A DNA stretch of 64,000 nucleotides, from the IMG/VR virus record IMGVR_UViG_3300030108_001677, positions 22,383-86,382 of that record. One strand, 5' to 3'. Of this stretch, positions 46,803-56,704 are shown piece after piece. Below the pieces are notes generated by a model. It saw only the letters and a program-made list of their open reading frames with translations. It did not search any database and was not told the origin of the DNA. Position numbers and translations under genes: made by a program. Positions within the stretch are counted from its first letter, which is position 1. The number at the start of each line of letters is the position of its first letter. This DNA comes from a virus.

Positions 46803-48235
46803 ATATCAGCCCACCCTATCCTCTTAGTCCATGTAGCACTGTCAAGTATTACAATGTTATCACGATATTCCTTTGTGGCTTGCACTGCCAACGCTAACGC
46901 AATAACTGTATCGTCATGCGCCCCCAATGACTCCATTTTGCCATTAGGCAACATGGTGAACATTGACAATTCATTAAGCAAAGTATCTATCATTCTCCGT
47001 GTTCTCCCTTCTTCCTTGTATGGCAACAGCAAGTGTCGCTGTTCAAAATGCAATTGAAGGCTATGTATAATTGCTTCCTTTCTCATACGGCTCATAGTGA
47101 ACGGTTTGATAGGTAAATCGCTAATCTCCTTCAATACTTGATGGAACGCCTGTGCAAAATTGTTGGTTTCCAATTCGACAACAACGGGGTTAAATCTCGC
47201 ATTTAATTCTATGATTTTATCAATCTGTGAATTGAAGTCCATTCCCTTTTCATGGTGCATCCATACTACACGCTTATGCCTATTCTCATCCATAGCGATA
47301 ACACACATACAGGTATAGTCAGCCTTTCTATCGGGGCTGATTGCAGGATCCCAACCAATGTAATAATTGACATTCTCATCAAAGTCACCCGCATACGGGT
47401 CAAGGACAAATGCGTAATCTTCATCTTTACACGGCTCGGTCATTTCCACTGGAAACAGACTCGACTCACTGGCTATCGGCTTACATAGATATTCACGGGT
47501 AAATGCTATTGATGTCATTTCTCCCCTTCTTTGTTGTAGTGCCTCAAGCGACCAGCGTTCCGGCCAAAGGGGCTTACCAGTTTCTTCATTGATAGCAGGG
47601 TATTCTCTAACTTGATACCCTTTGAGTCCTTTCAACTCTTGATACAGGTCAGTGTATGAGAACGGTGTTCCAACAATACACAACTGTGCTGTGTGGTGAA
47701 GCACTGGCAATAGAGCAGTATAGAACCAAGAAGCAACATGTGTCAATTGTGTTGCCGCTTCGCTGGACAATATATCGTCAAGCACTACAATGTCGGGGTG
47801 GGCACCACGAACCGCTTTACCAACGGACATAGCCGATATAGATGATTTATTTGTGAATTTGAATTTTTGCTTCGCCCACCCACGCTTAGGTTTCAAGTGC
47901 TGTAATGCTGGCACTGTTTCAATCAACTCATTCATTTTAGCCATGTGTTCAATTGACTGGTGTTGGCTGTGTGAGAAAAATAAGACTTCTGTGCCGGGAT
48001 TGTAAGCCATTTTCCAAAGTAAATACACCCTGTAAAATACGGATTTACCGTGGTCACGGGATGCAATCACACAAGTCTTGTTATGGTTCTCGGACATGTC
48101 GAACCATTCTTGATGAAAGTCAGCAACCATGTAGTTTTCGTGTTTTCCGCAAATGTCCTCAAAGAAATACTTGAAATCCCTGCGACCCATCTCCCAGTCA
48201 ACATTCTTCGCTAACTCATGGATGCCATTACTCAT
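46799..48235 (-). CDS. terL: Terminase large subunit
   Basis: HQ, ASRDHGKS (Walker A), VVLDD (Walker B), VGTP, LWPERW, IGWDPA, DY, ETN, HDDTVIALALA. Confidence 0.95.
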   Translation of the reverse strand: MSNGIHELAKNVDWEMGRRDFKYFFEDICGKHENYMVADFHQEWFDMSENHNKTCVIASRDHGKSVFYRVYLLWKMAYNPGTEVLFFSHSQHQSIEHMAKMNELIETVPALQHLKPKRGWAKQKFKFTNKSSISAMSVGKAVRGAHPDIVVLDDILSSEAATQLTHVASWFYTALLPVLHHTAQLCIVGTPFSYTDLYQELKGLKGYQVREYPAINEETGKPLWPERWSLEALQQRRGEMTSIAFTREYLCKPIASESSLFPVEMTEPCKDEDYAFVLDPYAGDFDENVNYYIGWDPAISPDRKADYTCMCVIAMDENRHKRVVWMHHEKGMDFNSQIDKIIELNARFNPVVVELETNNFAQAFHQVLKEISDLPIKPFTMSRMRKEAIIHSLQLHFEQRHLLLPYKEEGRTRRMIDTLLNELSMFTMLPNGKMESLGAHDDTVIALALAVQATKEYRDNIVILDSATWTKRIGWADI

Positions 48236-48241
48236 TTAGCA

Positions 48242-50212
48242 TCAGCCCGTTATTTCATCTATTTCATCATCGCTAAATCCGTGATGATCGACTAAATCGG
48301 CCTTATCATTCCTCAAACGGCTAATGGCTGATGCGTTTCCGTTCCTTGCCGCTTCAACCACTTCATTGACATAATCTTTATCGGTTGAGCCGGAAATGTA
48401 TCTTGTGTAAGTTTTATCCTCCGGCTCACTCACCGCTTCTTTTTTTTTAGCCTGTTGGCGTTTTTCGCTTCGGGCTTTTGCCGCCGCTTCATTACCCTCA
48501 TTGACCGTTTTCTTTTTTGGATTCTTGTTGCGTTGCCTTGCCTTTTGTGTTGGCTTTGGGAATGGTTTTACACCTTGACCTTTTTCCTTTCTATTCTTTG
48601 CCGTAGTTTCAACAAGTTTCTTTGCTGATGCGTTCTTTGGCTTGGCTGGCTCTTGCATAACTTGGGCACCTTCTATGTCCTCGTTAACTGGCTTCTTACC
48701 TCTTTGGGCTTTGGTGCTTCCGGTCTTTTTCTTAGGCGGTGCTTCTTCTCGCATTTCTTGGGTGCCTTCAATTGGCTTTTCCGTCTTAGCCTTTTTAGGT
48801 GCGGCCTTCTTAGGTGCGGCCTTCTTAGGTGCGGCCTTCTTAGGCGGTTTCGGTTCATCCTCCGGTGGTCGCTCGTAACTGTATTTTTCTCTTATCTTTT
48901 CCCTACGATCTTTTTGCTTCAAACGATTATCTTTGTATCTTGCTTCGGGGTGTTGAGCATCTTTTTGCTCTTGAGATCTGTTATTGACTTCATCAAATGG
49001 TTTTCTCCGTTGAATACCGCCCATAGGCTGGGGTTCACGGGATTCCACCTTTTCCGTTAGCATTCGGCTCTCCGGCCTTCGCTTCATTGGTAGTGCCCCT
49101 TTTGGCATCCGTGTGCCTGTTCGTGTGGTTGTCATTTCGTCAACCGAAGGCTTGTCAGTTTTCTCGGCCTCTAACATTTCTCTTAACTGGTCTTGCTTAC
49201 CCGAACCTGCAAGAGCCTCAATTTCTCTTTCCCGTTCAGTCATAGATTCTGTTTCCTCCATTTCCTGTGGAGGCTCAATCATTTGGCCTCGGTTATCAAT
49301 ACCAAATTCTCTTAATTCAGCATCTAAATCTCGCCGTTGTGGGTAATCTGTAAGTCTTGTTTGCATTTCGTCAAGCCCTGCCCTTGTCGCAGTTTTTTCG
49401 GGTGTCGTTTGTTGTGGCTCAATTGGTTTCATATCGTTATTGATTCTATCATATATGCTTTGCATTGATGATGGGGTTGTTGGGGCGGCTCGCCCTCCCA
49501 TTTCTTCACGCATTTCGGCCAATCGGCTTGAAGCACTGTCGGGGTCAACATCTCTATACTTGTTAGCAATTGATGGCGGTGTTGATGTAATTGATTGTTC
49601 CTCTTGCCTTGCTGTCAATTCATCGGGGGCATACATCCTTAGCCATTCATCGGCTGGTTCTTTACCGTGTGTTCTAATGTAAGATTCCCTTACACCTATT
49701 CCTTTTGACTTTGGTTCCCGTGCCTCCATCGTTGGTGGTGAACCACTGGCACTTTCCACTGTTCCTTGAGCAGTTTCTTGTTCAGCAGGTTGTCGTCTAA
49801 ACCTACTCATAAAATTGCTAATACCTTGCTTGGCTCGGCCAAACATACCTGTCTTGTTTGGGTCACGGGTTTCGCTTCGGCCTTGACTAAAGTTAGCACC
49901 CATACCTGTTGGTTGTTGTTGCCCTGCGCTTTCCAAAGATGCACCCTCATTCATTTGACCGAAGGGATCTGCTGGTTGTGGTGCCATTGTCCTTGACATG
50001 TTTGCTTGTTGTCTTTCTTGCGCTTGTCGCTGTTGTTGCGCTTGTTGTGCCGCATTATATTGGTCAACAAACTCTTGAGAATATTGCGGTGCTTTCATCA
50101 CCTGTTCCCATACTTGAGAAAATAATTGCTTAGAATCACGACCTTTGCGTAGTGGTTGTTTGCCCATCATTTCTTCACGGGCTTTGATTAGAAGATCGTC
50201 ATACCTATCCAT
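48242..50212 (-). CDS. Large disordered Q/E/K/P-rich protein with histone-H1-like KKAAP repeats
   Basis: Start MDRYD at 50212 with GGTGA SD; PKKAAPKKAAPKKAAPKKA. Confidence 0.75.
   Translation of the reverse strand: MDRYDDLLIKAREEMMGKQPLRKGRDSKQLFSQVWEQVMKAPQYSQEFVDQYNAAQQAQQQRQAQERQQANMSRTMAPQPADPFGQMNEGASLESAGQQQPTGMGANFSQGRSETRDPNKTGMFGRAKQGISNFMSRFRRQPAEQETAQGTVESASGSPPTMEAREPKSKGIGVRESYIRTHGKEPADEWLRMYAPDELTARQEEQSITSTPPSIANKYRDVDPDSASSRLAEMREEMGGRAAPTTPSSMQSIYDRINNDMKPIEPQQTTPEKTATRAGLDEMQTRLTDYPQRRDLDAELREFGIDNRGQMIEPPQEMEETESMTEREREIEALAGSGKQDQLREMLEAEKTDKPSVDEMTTTRTGTRMPKGALPMKRRPESRMLTEKVESREPQPMGGIQRRKPFDEVNNRSQEQKDAQHPEARYKDNRLKQKDRREKIREKYSYERPPEDEPKPPKKAAPKKAAPKKAAPKKAKTEKPIEGTQEMREEAPPKKKTGSTKAQRGKKPVNEDIEGAQVMQEPAKPKNASAKKLVETTAKNRKEKGQGVKPFPKPTQKARQRNKNPKKKTVNEGNEAAAKARSEKRQQAKKKEAVSEPEDKTYTRYISGSTDKDYVNEVVEAARNGNASAISRLRNDKADLVDHHGFSDDEIDEITG
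48795..48844. repeat. 15-bp perfect tandem repeat x3 (KKAAP)
   Basis: ttaggtgcggccttc three times plus a partial copy. Confidence 0.9.
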
Positions 50213-50216
50213 GTTA

Positions 50217-51140
50217 TCACCGGCCAATTTGTTTTCTTAGTAAGATGTGTTCTATCGAATTGTGAATACGCTCGGCTGATGCAAATTTCAATTGTTGCGG
50301 TTGCATTCCAGCCGCACGCATAGCCATATTTTGGTTTGCGAGATTATATCGATCTGTTTGCTCTTGACTTTGCCGGTTAGCCCTTTGTCTTGCACCATAT
50401 CCGGTTTGACCCATATTCGCTGTCAATCCCATTGACAATACATCAGCAACCTTTCCGCCCAATGAACGGTTCTTCATCCATGATTGCTGGTCGCCTCCCT
50501 TGCCTCTTGCCAGTGCGGCGGCATCGGCACCAAAGGCCATTTGATTAGCGGCATTTTGCATTTGATTGCCCCCTGCGGCTGGTGCTGGTGCGGGTGCTGG
50601 ATTTTGTGCTGGTGGTGCTGGATTTTGTGCTGGTGGTGCTGGTGCGGGTGCTGGATTTTGACCACCTACTGGCACAGGACCAATACCCGGAATGTGTCGC
50701 ATCTGTTGTGCTGGTGGTGCTGGTGCGGGTGCTGGTGCGGGTGCTGGGTTTTGTGCTGGTTGGTTCTGTGCTGGTTGATTTTGACCTGCGGCTTGAGGCG
50801 GTGCTAATGCGCCTTGTGCGGCTATATTTTGGCTGGCTGTCGCCAAGTTTTGCCTTTTGTTAGCCATATCTTGAACATAATCCGGATTAGCGGCTTGAGC
50901 ATCGGGTGTCATAGCATCAAAATCTCTTTGGTCTTTGGCAGTGGCCTTTATTTCTTTTCTTGCCGCTTGACCTGCTTTTATGTCGGCACCAATGTTACGC
51001 ACACCTTCCATAAATTTTTGCCCTCCGCCCGCTAAATAATTGTAAGCATCGGAAATACGGCCTTTTTCTAACCCTTCTCGCTCGGCTATCATTCGTGCCC
51101 TTGCGAGCCTATCTGCGCTAAATTCATTATGCCTTCTCAT
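50217..51140 (-). CDS. Low-complexity A/Q/P/N-rich protein
   Basis: QNPAPAPAP repeats; coupled overlap with the upstream gene. Confidence 0.75.
   Translation of the reverse strand: MRRHNEFSADRLARARMIAEREGLEKGRISDAYNYLAGGGQKFMEGVRNIGADIKAGQAARKEIKATAKDQRDFDAMTPDAQAANPDYVQDMANKRQNLATASQNIAAQGALAPPQAAGQNQPAQNQPAQNPAPAPAPAPAPPAQQMRHIPGIGPVPVGGQNPAPAPAPPAQNPAPPAQNPAPAPAPAAGGNQMQNAANQMAFGADAAALARGKGGDQQSWMKNRSLGGKVADVLSMGLTANMGQTGYGARQRANRQSQEQTDRYNLANQNMAMRAAGMQPQQLKFASAERIHNSIEHILLRKQIGR
50575..50785. repeat. Imperfect coding tandem repeats (QNPAP/APAP)
   Basis: Repeated gctggtgcgggtgctgg and ggattttgtgctggtggt units. Confidence 0.85.
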
Positions 51141-53089
51141 TGGAACACCACCTTTACTACTTGTATAACATCTAATGGAACATCCATAGATTTAGACATC
51201 TCACGCCAGTCGCCCCTACTATTTAGTATAGCCACCACATCGGAAACAGGGCGATTTACTACACCTGCCATCATAGCAAGATCGGTAGCACTGGACTTTT
51301 GCATGGGAGTATGTGGTATTGCTTTGACAATGCTTTCATCCTGTAAAGCCAACTGGCACTGGACTTGTTCAAGCATTCCCTCTATGTCCTCTTTTCCAAA
51401 GATATTACCGAGTCGGCCAGCCCCCCTACCAGTTAGATATGCTAACTTATCTGCCATTCCTCTCCAACCCTGTCTAAATCTTGGCGGTCCGTCTTGCCTG
51501 TCAACCCCAGCCTGTGGCATTTGAAAAGCGTTTAGGCGATTATTGGGCATTTCCGGTGGAATATTGGGGGGAATCTGTGGTGCTGGTGGTGGTGGTGGCG
51601 GTTGTTCCAATGGAACAGGGGGTGGTGGTTGTTCCAATGGAACAGGGGGTGGTGGTGGCGGTAGTGGTTCGGCTGGGGGTTGTGGTGGTCTTGGCTGTTC
51701 AGCACGCCTTTCAGCCCTTTGTTGAGCCTGTTCTATGACTTGTTCCTGTGGTGGTTGCACTACCTCACCTTGTGGTGGTGCTGGTTGTTGCGGAACCTCC
51801 GGTTGTAATCTATTGCCTAATGGCTGAATACCGGGGAATTGCTGTTGAAGATATTTGATGTGCCCGCTAACAAGCCTATCAGCCCCCGCCCTACCTGTGC
51901 CAAGCCGCATAGCCGTTTCCATGTCGGGTGCCTCACGCCCACTTCCTTCGTCATAGTATTGACCAACAATATGCTCATGCAGTTTTGGCAAATAATATCT
52001 TTTGTTAGCAAATGAATTAGCATACAAATCTTTGCCTCTTGCATTATTGAAATTTTCAAACCATGTTGAATACCCCTCCATTGGAGTTTGGGGCATTTGA
52101 ACATCGCCAACATTTTGCTGTGCCTCCACTGCTTGTTGGGCAACATCGGGGTTCTCGGCAACCGCCCCTTGAGCAAGCGCATCTTGTCGTCTTACCCCAT
52201 ATATTTGTGAGATGTCATATCGGTTGAATGGTGTATGTTTGCTTAGAACAGGATGGTTTAACCAAGCATTCTTTACCATATCAGCAGTAACGGGTTGCCC
52301 TGTGCGCTGGGCTTCTTGTGCTAAACCACGCATCAAATCAACACTGTGTTTGTATGCTTCGTGATTTACATACAAACCATTTGGCCTTACCTTACCTGCG
52401 TCAATGCTTTTGTTGGTTTTACCTTTGTGACCCATTTGTTCTCGGACATGTTTCAATCCTTCATGATATGGTCTATTCCAAGATTCAGCCATCAAGTTTT
52501 CTTGATCTCGGTTGCCTACACGCAATCGTGGTATGCCCTGTGCATCATACTGCCACGGTGTTTCATTCCTTTGAGGACCAAATACACCGTCACGCCATTC
52601 GGGTGCTAATACTGCTTGACCCATATCCATAGAAAACGGCATAGGTAAATCCATTGGTATTTTGTCAAGACCTTTACCGGTAAGTGCCGCCTCTTGTCGC
52701 CTTTGGTCGTATAGTGCGTTTTGCACTTCAACGGCTTTGTTGATGTGTGCTGAACCTATGTTGATTGCTTTTTTCAATGCCGCTTCGTATGCTGGCATCA
52801 TTCCTTCTTGTGGTCCGGCCAATATTATTGCGGCCTCTTGCATTGTCAAGTGTTCGGGATCTGATGGGTCGGCATTGTATATCGCTTCATACACAGCATC
52901 GGCTTCAACGCCCACTAAGTGCGAACCTGCAATATCTTGTTCGGCCATAGGATAATTTGTCAAGCCATTAGGTCCAAGATTCGCAATCAACCCATTAATT
53001 AGAGCATCAAAATCATACATGCCCATACCTTTGGCGATATGGACTGTGCATGTGTCAAGTATAGCCCACGGATTGCGAAGTAATGTCAT
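51137..53089 (-). CDS. 650-aa protein with polyproline tract
   Basis: PPPPPPVPLEQPPPPVPLEQPPPPPP; ATGA overlaps at both ends. Confidence 0.75.
   Translation of the reverse strand: MTLLRNPWAILDTCTVHIAKGMGMYDFDALINGLIANLGPNGLTNYPMAEQDIAGSHLVGVEADAVYEAIYNADPSDPEHLTMQEAAIILAGPQEGMMPAYEAALKKAINIGSAHINKAVEVQNALYDQRRQEAALTGKGLDKIPMDLPMPFSMDMGQAVLAPEWRDGVFGPQRNETPWQYDAQGIPRLRVGNRDQENLMAESWNRPYHEGLKHVREQMGHKGKTNKSIDAGKVRPNGLYVNHEAYKHSVDLMRGLAQEAQRTGQPVTADMVKNAWLNHPVLSKHTPFNRYDISQIYGVRRQDALAQGAVAENPDVAQQAVEAQQNVGDVQMPQTPMEGYSTWFENFNNARGKDLYANSFANKRYYLPKLHEHIVGQYYDEGSGREAPDMETAMRLGTGRAGADRLVSGHIKYLQQQFPGIQPLGNRLQPEVPQQPAPPQGEVVQPPQEQVIEQAQQRAERRAEQPRPPQPPAEPLPPPPPPVPLEQPPPPVPLEQPPPPPPAPQIPPNIPPEMPNNRLNAFQMPQAGVDRQDGPPRFRQGWRGMADKLAYLTGRGAGRLGNIFGKEDIEGMLEQVQCQLALQDESIVKAIPHTPMQKSSATDLAMMAGVVNRPVSDVVAILNSRGDWREMSKSMDVPLDVIQVVKVVFQ
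51583..51665. repeat. 27-bp coding duplication within a polyproline tract
   Basis: ggttgttccaatggaacagggggtggt occurs twice. Confidence 0.85.
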
Positions 53090-54726
53090 CGCTTTCCAGC
53101 CCCCGCACCTGCTACTGGCAAGAGCGAAGTATCTTCAAATTTCCAACCTTTTAGATTTTCAGTGGCACCCGTTGGGGCACTGTTTTTATCTTCGCTGGCT
53201 TGGTTGCCACGCTTGGCCTCCGCACCTAACTCCGGTGTTGCTTTAGTCAACTTCTCAACTGCCGCCAACAATTTTTTCAAATCCCTCTTTAGTGATTGTA
53301 ATTCGTTTATCTTAAAACCGCTAAGTTTTACACCTCGACTCAATAGACTTGATTTCGCTAACGGTTCTCCGCCCAGTGCATCGTGAAGAAGCACCCCTTC
53401 GCTTTCAGCCGTCTTTGGCCTCACGAATTTAGTGCCCCTGCTACCTGCTGGGCTTGATGGTAATTTTGTTCCTGTTCCAATAGTTTGGACTCTTTCACCA
53501 GTGATACCTCTTGTATCAGCGTGAGCCGATAGTCCTCTTGGCAACGCACCCATTTGCCTACGGAATTTTTCAGCCGCTAATTTTCTTTGGTATGCAACAG
53601 GGTCACGCAACCTCAAAGGCATGTCTTTTGCTCTTGGATTACCACTGAACATTCTTCGTGGTGCGAATGCTTGTTGTTTGGTGTAGCGTTGAAGATTTTG
53701 TTCGGCTGATGCGGCACGCCTTTTTGTCTTACTGTATGGTTGACGGCTTGCCTCTTTCTTGCCTTGTTTCATCCTACGCCTTCTTTCACGCTTGCCTTTT
53801 TTCTTGGCCTTTGCTTCTTCTTCTTCGGATTCTTCATCTTCTTCATACTTACGCCCACGCTTCTTACGCTTGGCTTTGAGTATGTCCGAAAGCAAAACAG
53901 GATCGGCTGACTTCGGTAAGTTTTTGTTCCAATCGGGTGCTACACCTATTGGAGTCGGAACAAACCATTTGAAATCGTCTTTATGATAACCGCCTAATCC
54001 GTGTTGAGCGTGTTCAACAATGCCTTCACGGGTTATTTTCTCGTCTTTAGGGTCAATCTTACCTTTTGCATCCCCAGCCGCTTGTTCTATGAATGGTTGG
54101 CCTGTTGGAGTTATAGCAATATCTGTAAGCATGAATTGATTACTTGTTTTGCGCTGTTCGGGATCCATTTCAAAGTAATCGTCTTGTAATCTTTCAGCCA
54201 TCTCATCCTCTAAATTTTCCCGCATTTCATCAATGGTGGGAATATCATCATCATCGTCTTTCATCACAGTCCAAGCATCTTCAAACGCATCTTCACTGCG
54301 ACCAAATATCATACCCGGACCTTCCCTGCGAATAGAACCTGCTTGTCGCCCCTGTGAAATGCCAATACCCGTGCTATCCATGTCAATACCCATGCCAGTT
54401 TCTTTGAAAGCATCTTCACCCACCTTCATTGGTGTGCTACTTAGAGTATCAGCAATCTTTTCCGGCTTGATTGAGATATGCGGCATTTCGCCTTTCATTT
54501 CGTCAAGTGCCTTCTTTCGCCTTTTCTCCCTATCCATTTGTTCCATTGTTTCTTCGGATGCGGCACCATATTGGCTAACATGAGATAAGCCATCGGAGTT
54601 TTCATTGGCGTTCACATCGTAATCGCCTAACATCTCACGGGGTCTAAACCCACCTGTAAATTCTTGAACCCGTATGGATTCTTCACCTACATTTCTTCGT
54701 GGGTTAGCCATTGGCATGTATATCAC
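53086..54726 (-). CDS. 546-aa charged protein with acidic and basic blocks
   Basis: KAKRKKRGRKYEEDEESEEEE; internal tag AFEDAWTVMK. Confidence 0.75.
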   Translation of the reverse strand: MIYMPMANPRRNVGEESIRVQEFTGGFRPREMLGDYDVNANENSDGLSHVSQYGAASEETMEQMDREKRRKKALDEMKGEMPHISIKPEKIADTLSSTPMKVGEDAFKETGMGIDMDSTGIGISQGRQAGSIRREGPGMIFGRSEDAFEDAWTVMKDDDDDIPTIDEMRENLEDEMAERLQDDYFEMDPEQRKTSNQFMLTDIAITPTGQPFIEQAAGDAKGKIDPKDEKITREGIVEHAQHGLGGYHKDDFKWFVPTPIGVAPDWNKNLPKSADPVLLSDILKAKRKKRGRKYEEDEESEEEEAKAKKKGKRERRRRMKQGKKEASRQPYSKTKRRAASAEQNLQRYTKQQAFAPRRMFSGNPRAKDMPLRLRDPVAYQRKLAAEKFRRQMGALPRGLSAHADTRGITGERVQTIGTGTKLPSSPAGSRGTKFVRPKTAESEGVLLHDALGGEPLAKSSLLSRGVKLSGFKINELQSLKRDLKKLLAAVEKLTKATPELGAEAKRGNQASEDKNSAPTGATENLKGWKFEDTSLLPVAGAGAGKR

Positions 54727-55184
54727 TCTAAGTTATTAATTCCGTATTTGGCGGTTTCGGGGTCAAAGTCCTCTTGTTCTTTGGGTTTCTTCATTGGATT
54801 ATCCCCATACATTCGCTTCAAGCGAGCCAACAAATCCGGATCTCTTGGCATACCAGCGTGCATGGCTGGTGGGTTGGGTTTTACATTCAACACCCCGTCA
54901 AGCGCACCATCCTTTGGTAAGCGTGGGTTCATTTTCAAAATTGAAAAACCAGCGTTGATTGCCTTGTCGTTTGTTGATTTTAATTTGATGTAAGCCTTTC
55001 CTTCATCTAAGGCTTCTAACATACTGCTTTCCCTTTTATCATCTCTAATAGAATCTAAAGCAACAGGGTTCCTTGCACAATTTATTGCTTGCACATCATG
55101 GATTGGCATTCGGCATTCTTCATGTGGGTTAGCCCCACAGGCTGGGCAATTTGGCGACATATCTCCTTTCATCAGCAATTCCAC
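54723..55184 (-). CDS. Hypothetical protein with N-terminal zinc-finger-like motif
   Basis: CPACGA.P...C....H; internal AINAGFSILK. Confidence 0.65.
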   Translation of the reverse strand: MELLMKGDMSPNCPACGANPHEECRMPIHDVQAINCARNPVALDSIRDDKRESSMLEALDEGKAYIKLKSTNDKAINAGFSILKMNPRLPKDGALDGVLNVKPNPPAMHAGMPRDPDLLARLKRMYGDNPMKKPKEQEDFDPETAKYGINNLE

Positions 55185-55801
55185 CTTTTCAACGCCGCAC
55201 CTTTCGGTGTCAATTTACCGCCTTTACTGGTCGGTCCTTTTACTCCGCCCATTCTTGCACAGAATGACTTTCGCCTCTTTGCCTTCTTTGAGCCGGGTTT
55301 GAGTTTGCTTGGTTTGGTTGTGACGGGTGGTTTCAAGTTTGAGCCTTGCTCTCTTTTGAATTTGGCACGACCCTTTGCATTTAGACCACCTTTGCGGCTA
55401 TGTCTATTTGGGTTGTAGCCATGAAATGGTTTTTCTTTCTTACCTTTCAGTAATTCCTCACGAATCACGAAGGCTTTTGCCAGCGTTACACAATTATCAC
55501 AATCACACATCTTTACCATTGTTGGTTTCCCTCCTACTCCCTGCGGTTTGCTTCTCTTTCTCCTTGTCATAGCCTTCTTTTCTTTAGCACTTATCCCTTT
55601 GGTTGTTTTTGGAGTCTTGTCGCTAACCTTCTTTGATGGTCGGCATTTAGGGTAGCCTCTTGATGATGTGTCGGCATCACTACGACCACACGGAGGATGT
55701 TTGCCATCTTTGTCTTTTCGGCCAACATCAACCCACTTTTCTTTGAACCACCGCCTCAAATCCTTTGAGAGCATGTAAGATACAGGAGTTTCAATCATCA
55801 T
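55172..55801 (-). CDS. Two-domain basic phage protein (DUF5872-like plus DUF6321-like)
   Basis: LRRWFKEKWVD...PCGRS...YPKCRP and GGLNAKGRA...NLKPPV...RRKSFCARM...ALKRWNC, motifs familiar from marine phage proteins; start 55801 with GGTGA SD. Confidence 0.7.
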   Translation of the reverse strand: MMIETPVSYMLSKDLRRWFKEKWVDVGRKDKDGKHPPCGRSDADTSSRGYPKCRPSKKVSDKTPKTTKGISAKEKKAMTRRKRSKPQGVGGKPTMVKMCDCDNCVTLAKAFVIREELLKGKKEKPFHGYNPNRHSRKGGLNAKGRAKFKREQGSNLKPPVTTKPSKLKPGSKKAKRRKSFCARMGGVKGPTSKGGKLTPKGAALKRWNC

Positions 55802-56022
55802 TTCACCCCAGCCCAAGCGTCACAAGTGTGATCTGCACGACAAACAAAGTCATACCATTCACAATAACCAGTCATTGGATTATCAGTTTTAGAAACATCC
55901 CACGCTTTACAGTTACCACAGCACTTGTTATTTGTGCATTTGCGGTAATTGGGGGCATCCTCTTTTGCTTTGAGGATAGCCCAAGCGTGGTCGAATGCTT
56001 CTTGATTAATCATCGGACTCAC
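55798..56022 (-). CDS. Small four-Cys HiPIP-like protein
   Basis: PNY...CGNCKAW...GYC...HTCDAW after the tag AFDHAWAILK. Confidence 0.55.
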   Translation of the reverse strand: MSPMINQEAFDHAWAILKAKEDAPNYRKCTNNKCCGNCKAWDVSKTDNPMTGYCEWYDFVCRADHTCDAWAGVK

Positions 56023-56279
56023 TTCTTGCTTTTCTTACTCTTTTTCTTCCAGCCGCCGCCTTTGGATTTATACCATTTAGCCGCCCAGCCATTAGCGTAT
56101 GCTGACGGATATACTTTGAATTTAGACCTTGCTTTGCTTTTGGCTTGTGCCCACAAACTTGGGTTTGTTGGGGCGTTCTCGCCTTTGTCCATTCCGCCTT
56201 TTACTACATCCCATCCGGCTAAAAATGCGGAATCGCCAATAGCCGTCATGGTAACTGTTCTATCACTTTTGTCATTCAT
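56019..56279 (-). CDS. Small basic phage protein (PSAY...WYKSKGG family, DUF5872-like)
   Basis: PTNPSLW..AK..A..KFKVYPSAYANGW..KWYKSKGGGW. Confidence 0.7.
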   Translation of the reverse strand: MNDKSDRTVTMTAIGDSAFLAGWDVVKGGMDKGENAPTNPSLWAQAKSKARSKFKVYPSAYANGWAAKWYKSKGGGWKKKSKKSKK

Positions 56280-56704
56280 TATCTTTGCCCCCTCAACCGG
56301 TTGTATGTTTCAGCCACCCTTACTGGCAGTGTCTTATACCACTGCGCCAACATAGGTGTCTTTGCATAAGAATGCGACAAAGGCATAAACGCTCTTGCCA
56401 CTTCTTTGAGTATCATTGTCGCTTCATCTCGACTTATCTCCGGTAGTGCCTGTTGCAGATCGTGGAATGCCATACGGGCAGTAATTACTGCACCTAACGC
56501 TTCACTGGCACTGGCTTCTTGTGTTGTAAGACCGAAGGCATCAAGTCCTTCTTTCCAAATACAAACCACTTCTTCAAGCGCATCACACATTTGTAACGCT
56601 TCGGGCATAGTGAATATATCATTACGCCCGTGTAGTAAATCAGCATAGTCTGTGTGCTTTAGCATCAACGATGGGATAGTTTGGTAGCCTTTATCATCGC
56701 TCAT
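56279..56704 (-). CDS. Hypothetical helical protein
   Basis: 141-aa ORF coupled to both neighbours. Confidence 0.7.
   Translation of the reverse strand: MSDDKGYQTIPSLMLKHTDYADLLHGRNDIFTMPEALQMCDALEEVVCIWKEGLDAFGLTTQEASASEALGAVITARMAFHDLQQALPEISRDEATMILKEVARAFMPLSHSYAKTPMLAQWYKTLPVRVAETYNRLRGQR

Noticed and set aside
45480-48235. Intein or active homing endonuclease in the terminase region
   Set aside because: TerL is of normal length with no intein motifs; the LAGLIDADG-like segment is in a separate gene and looks degenerate.
48795-51665. Tandem repeats as a CRISPR or mini-CRISPR array
   Set aside because: Unit lengths are multiples of three, lie inside ORFs and have no unique spacers.
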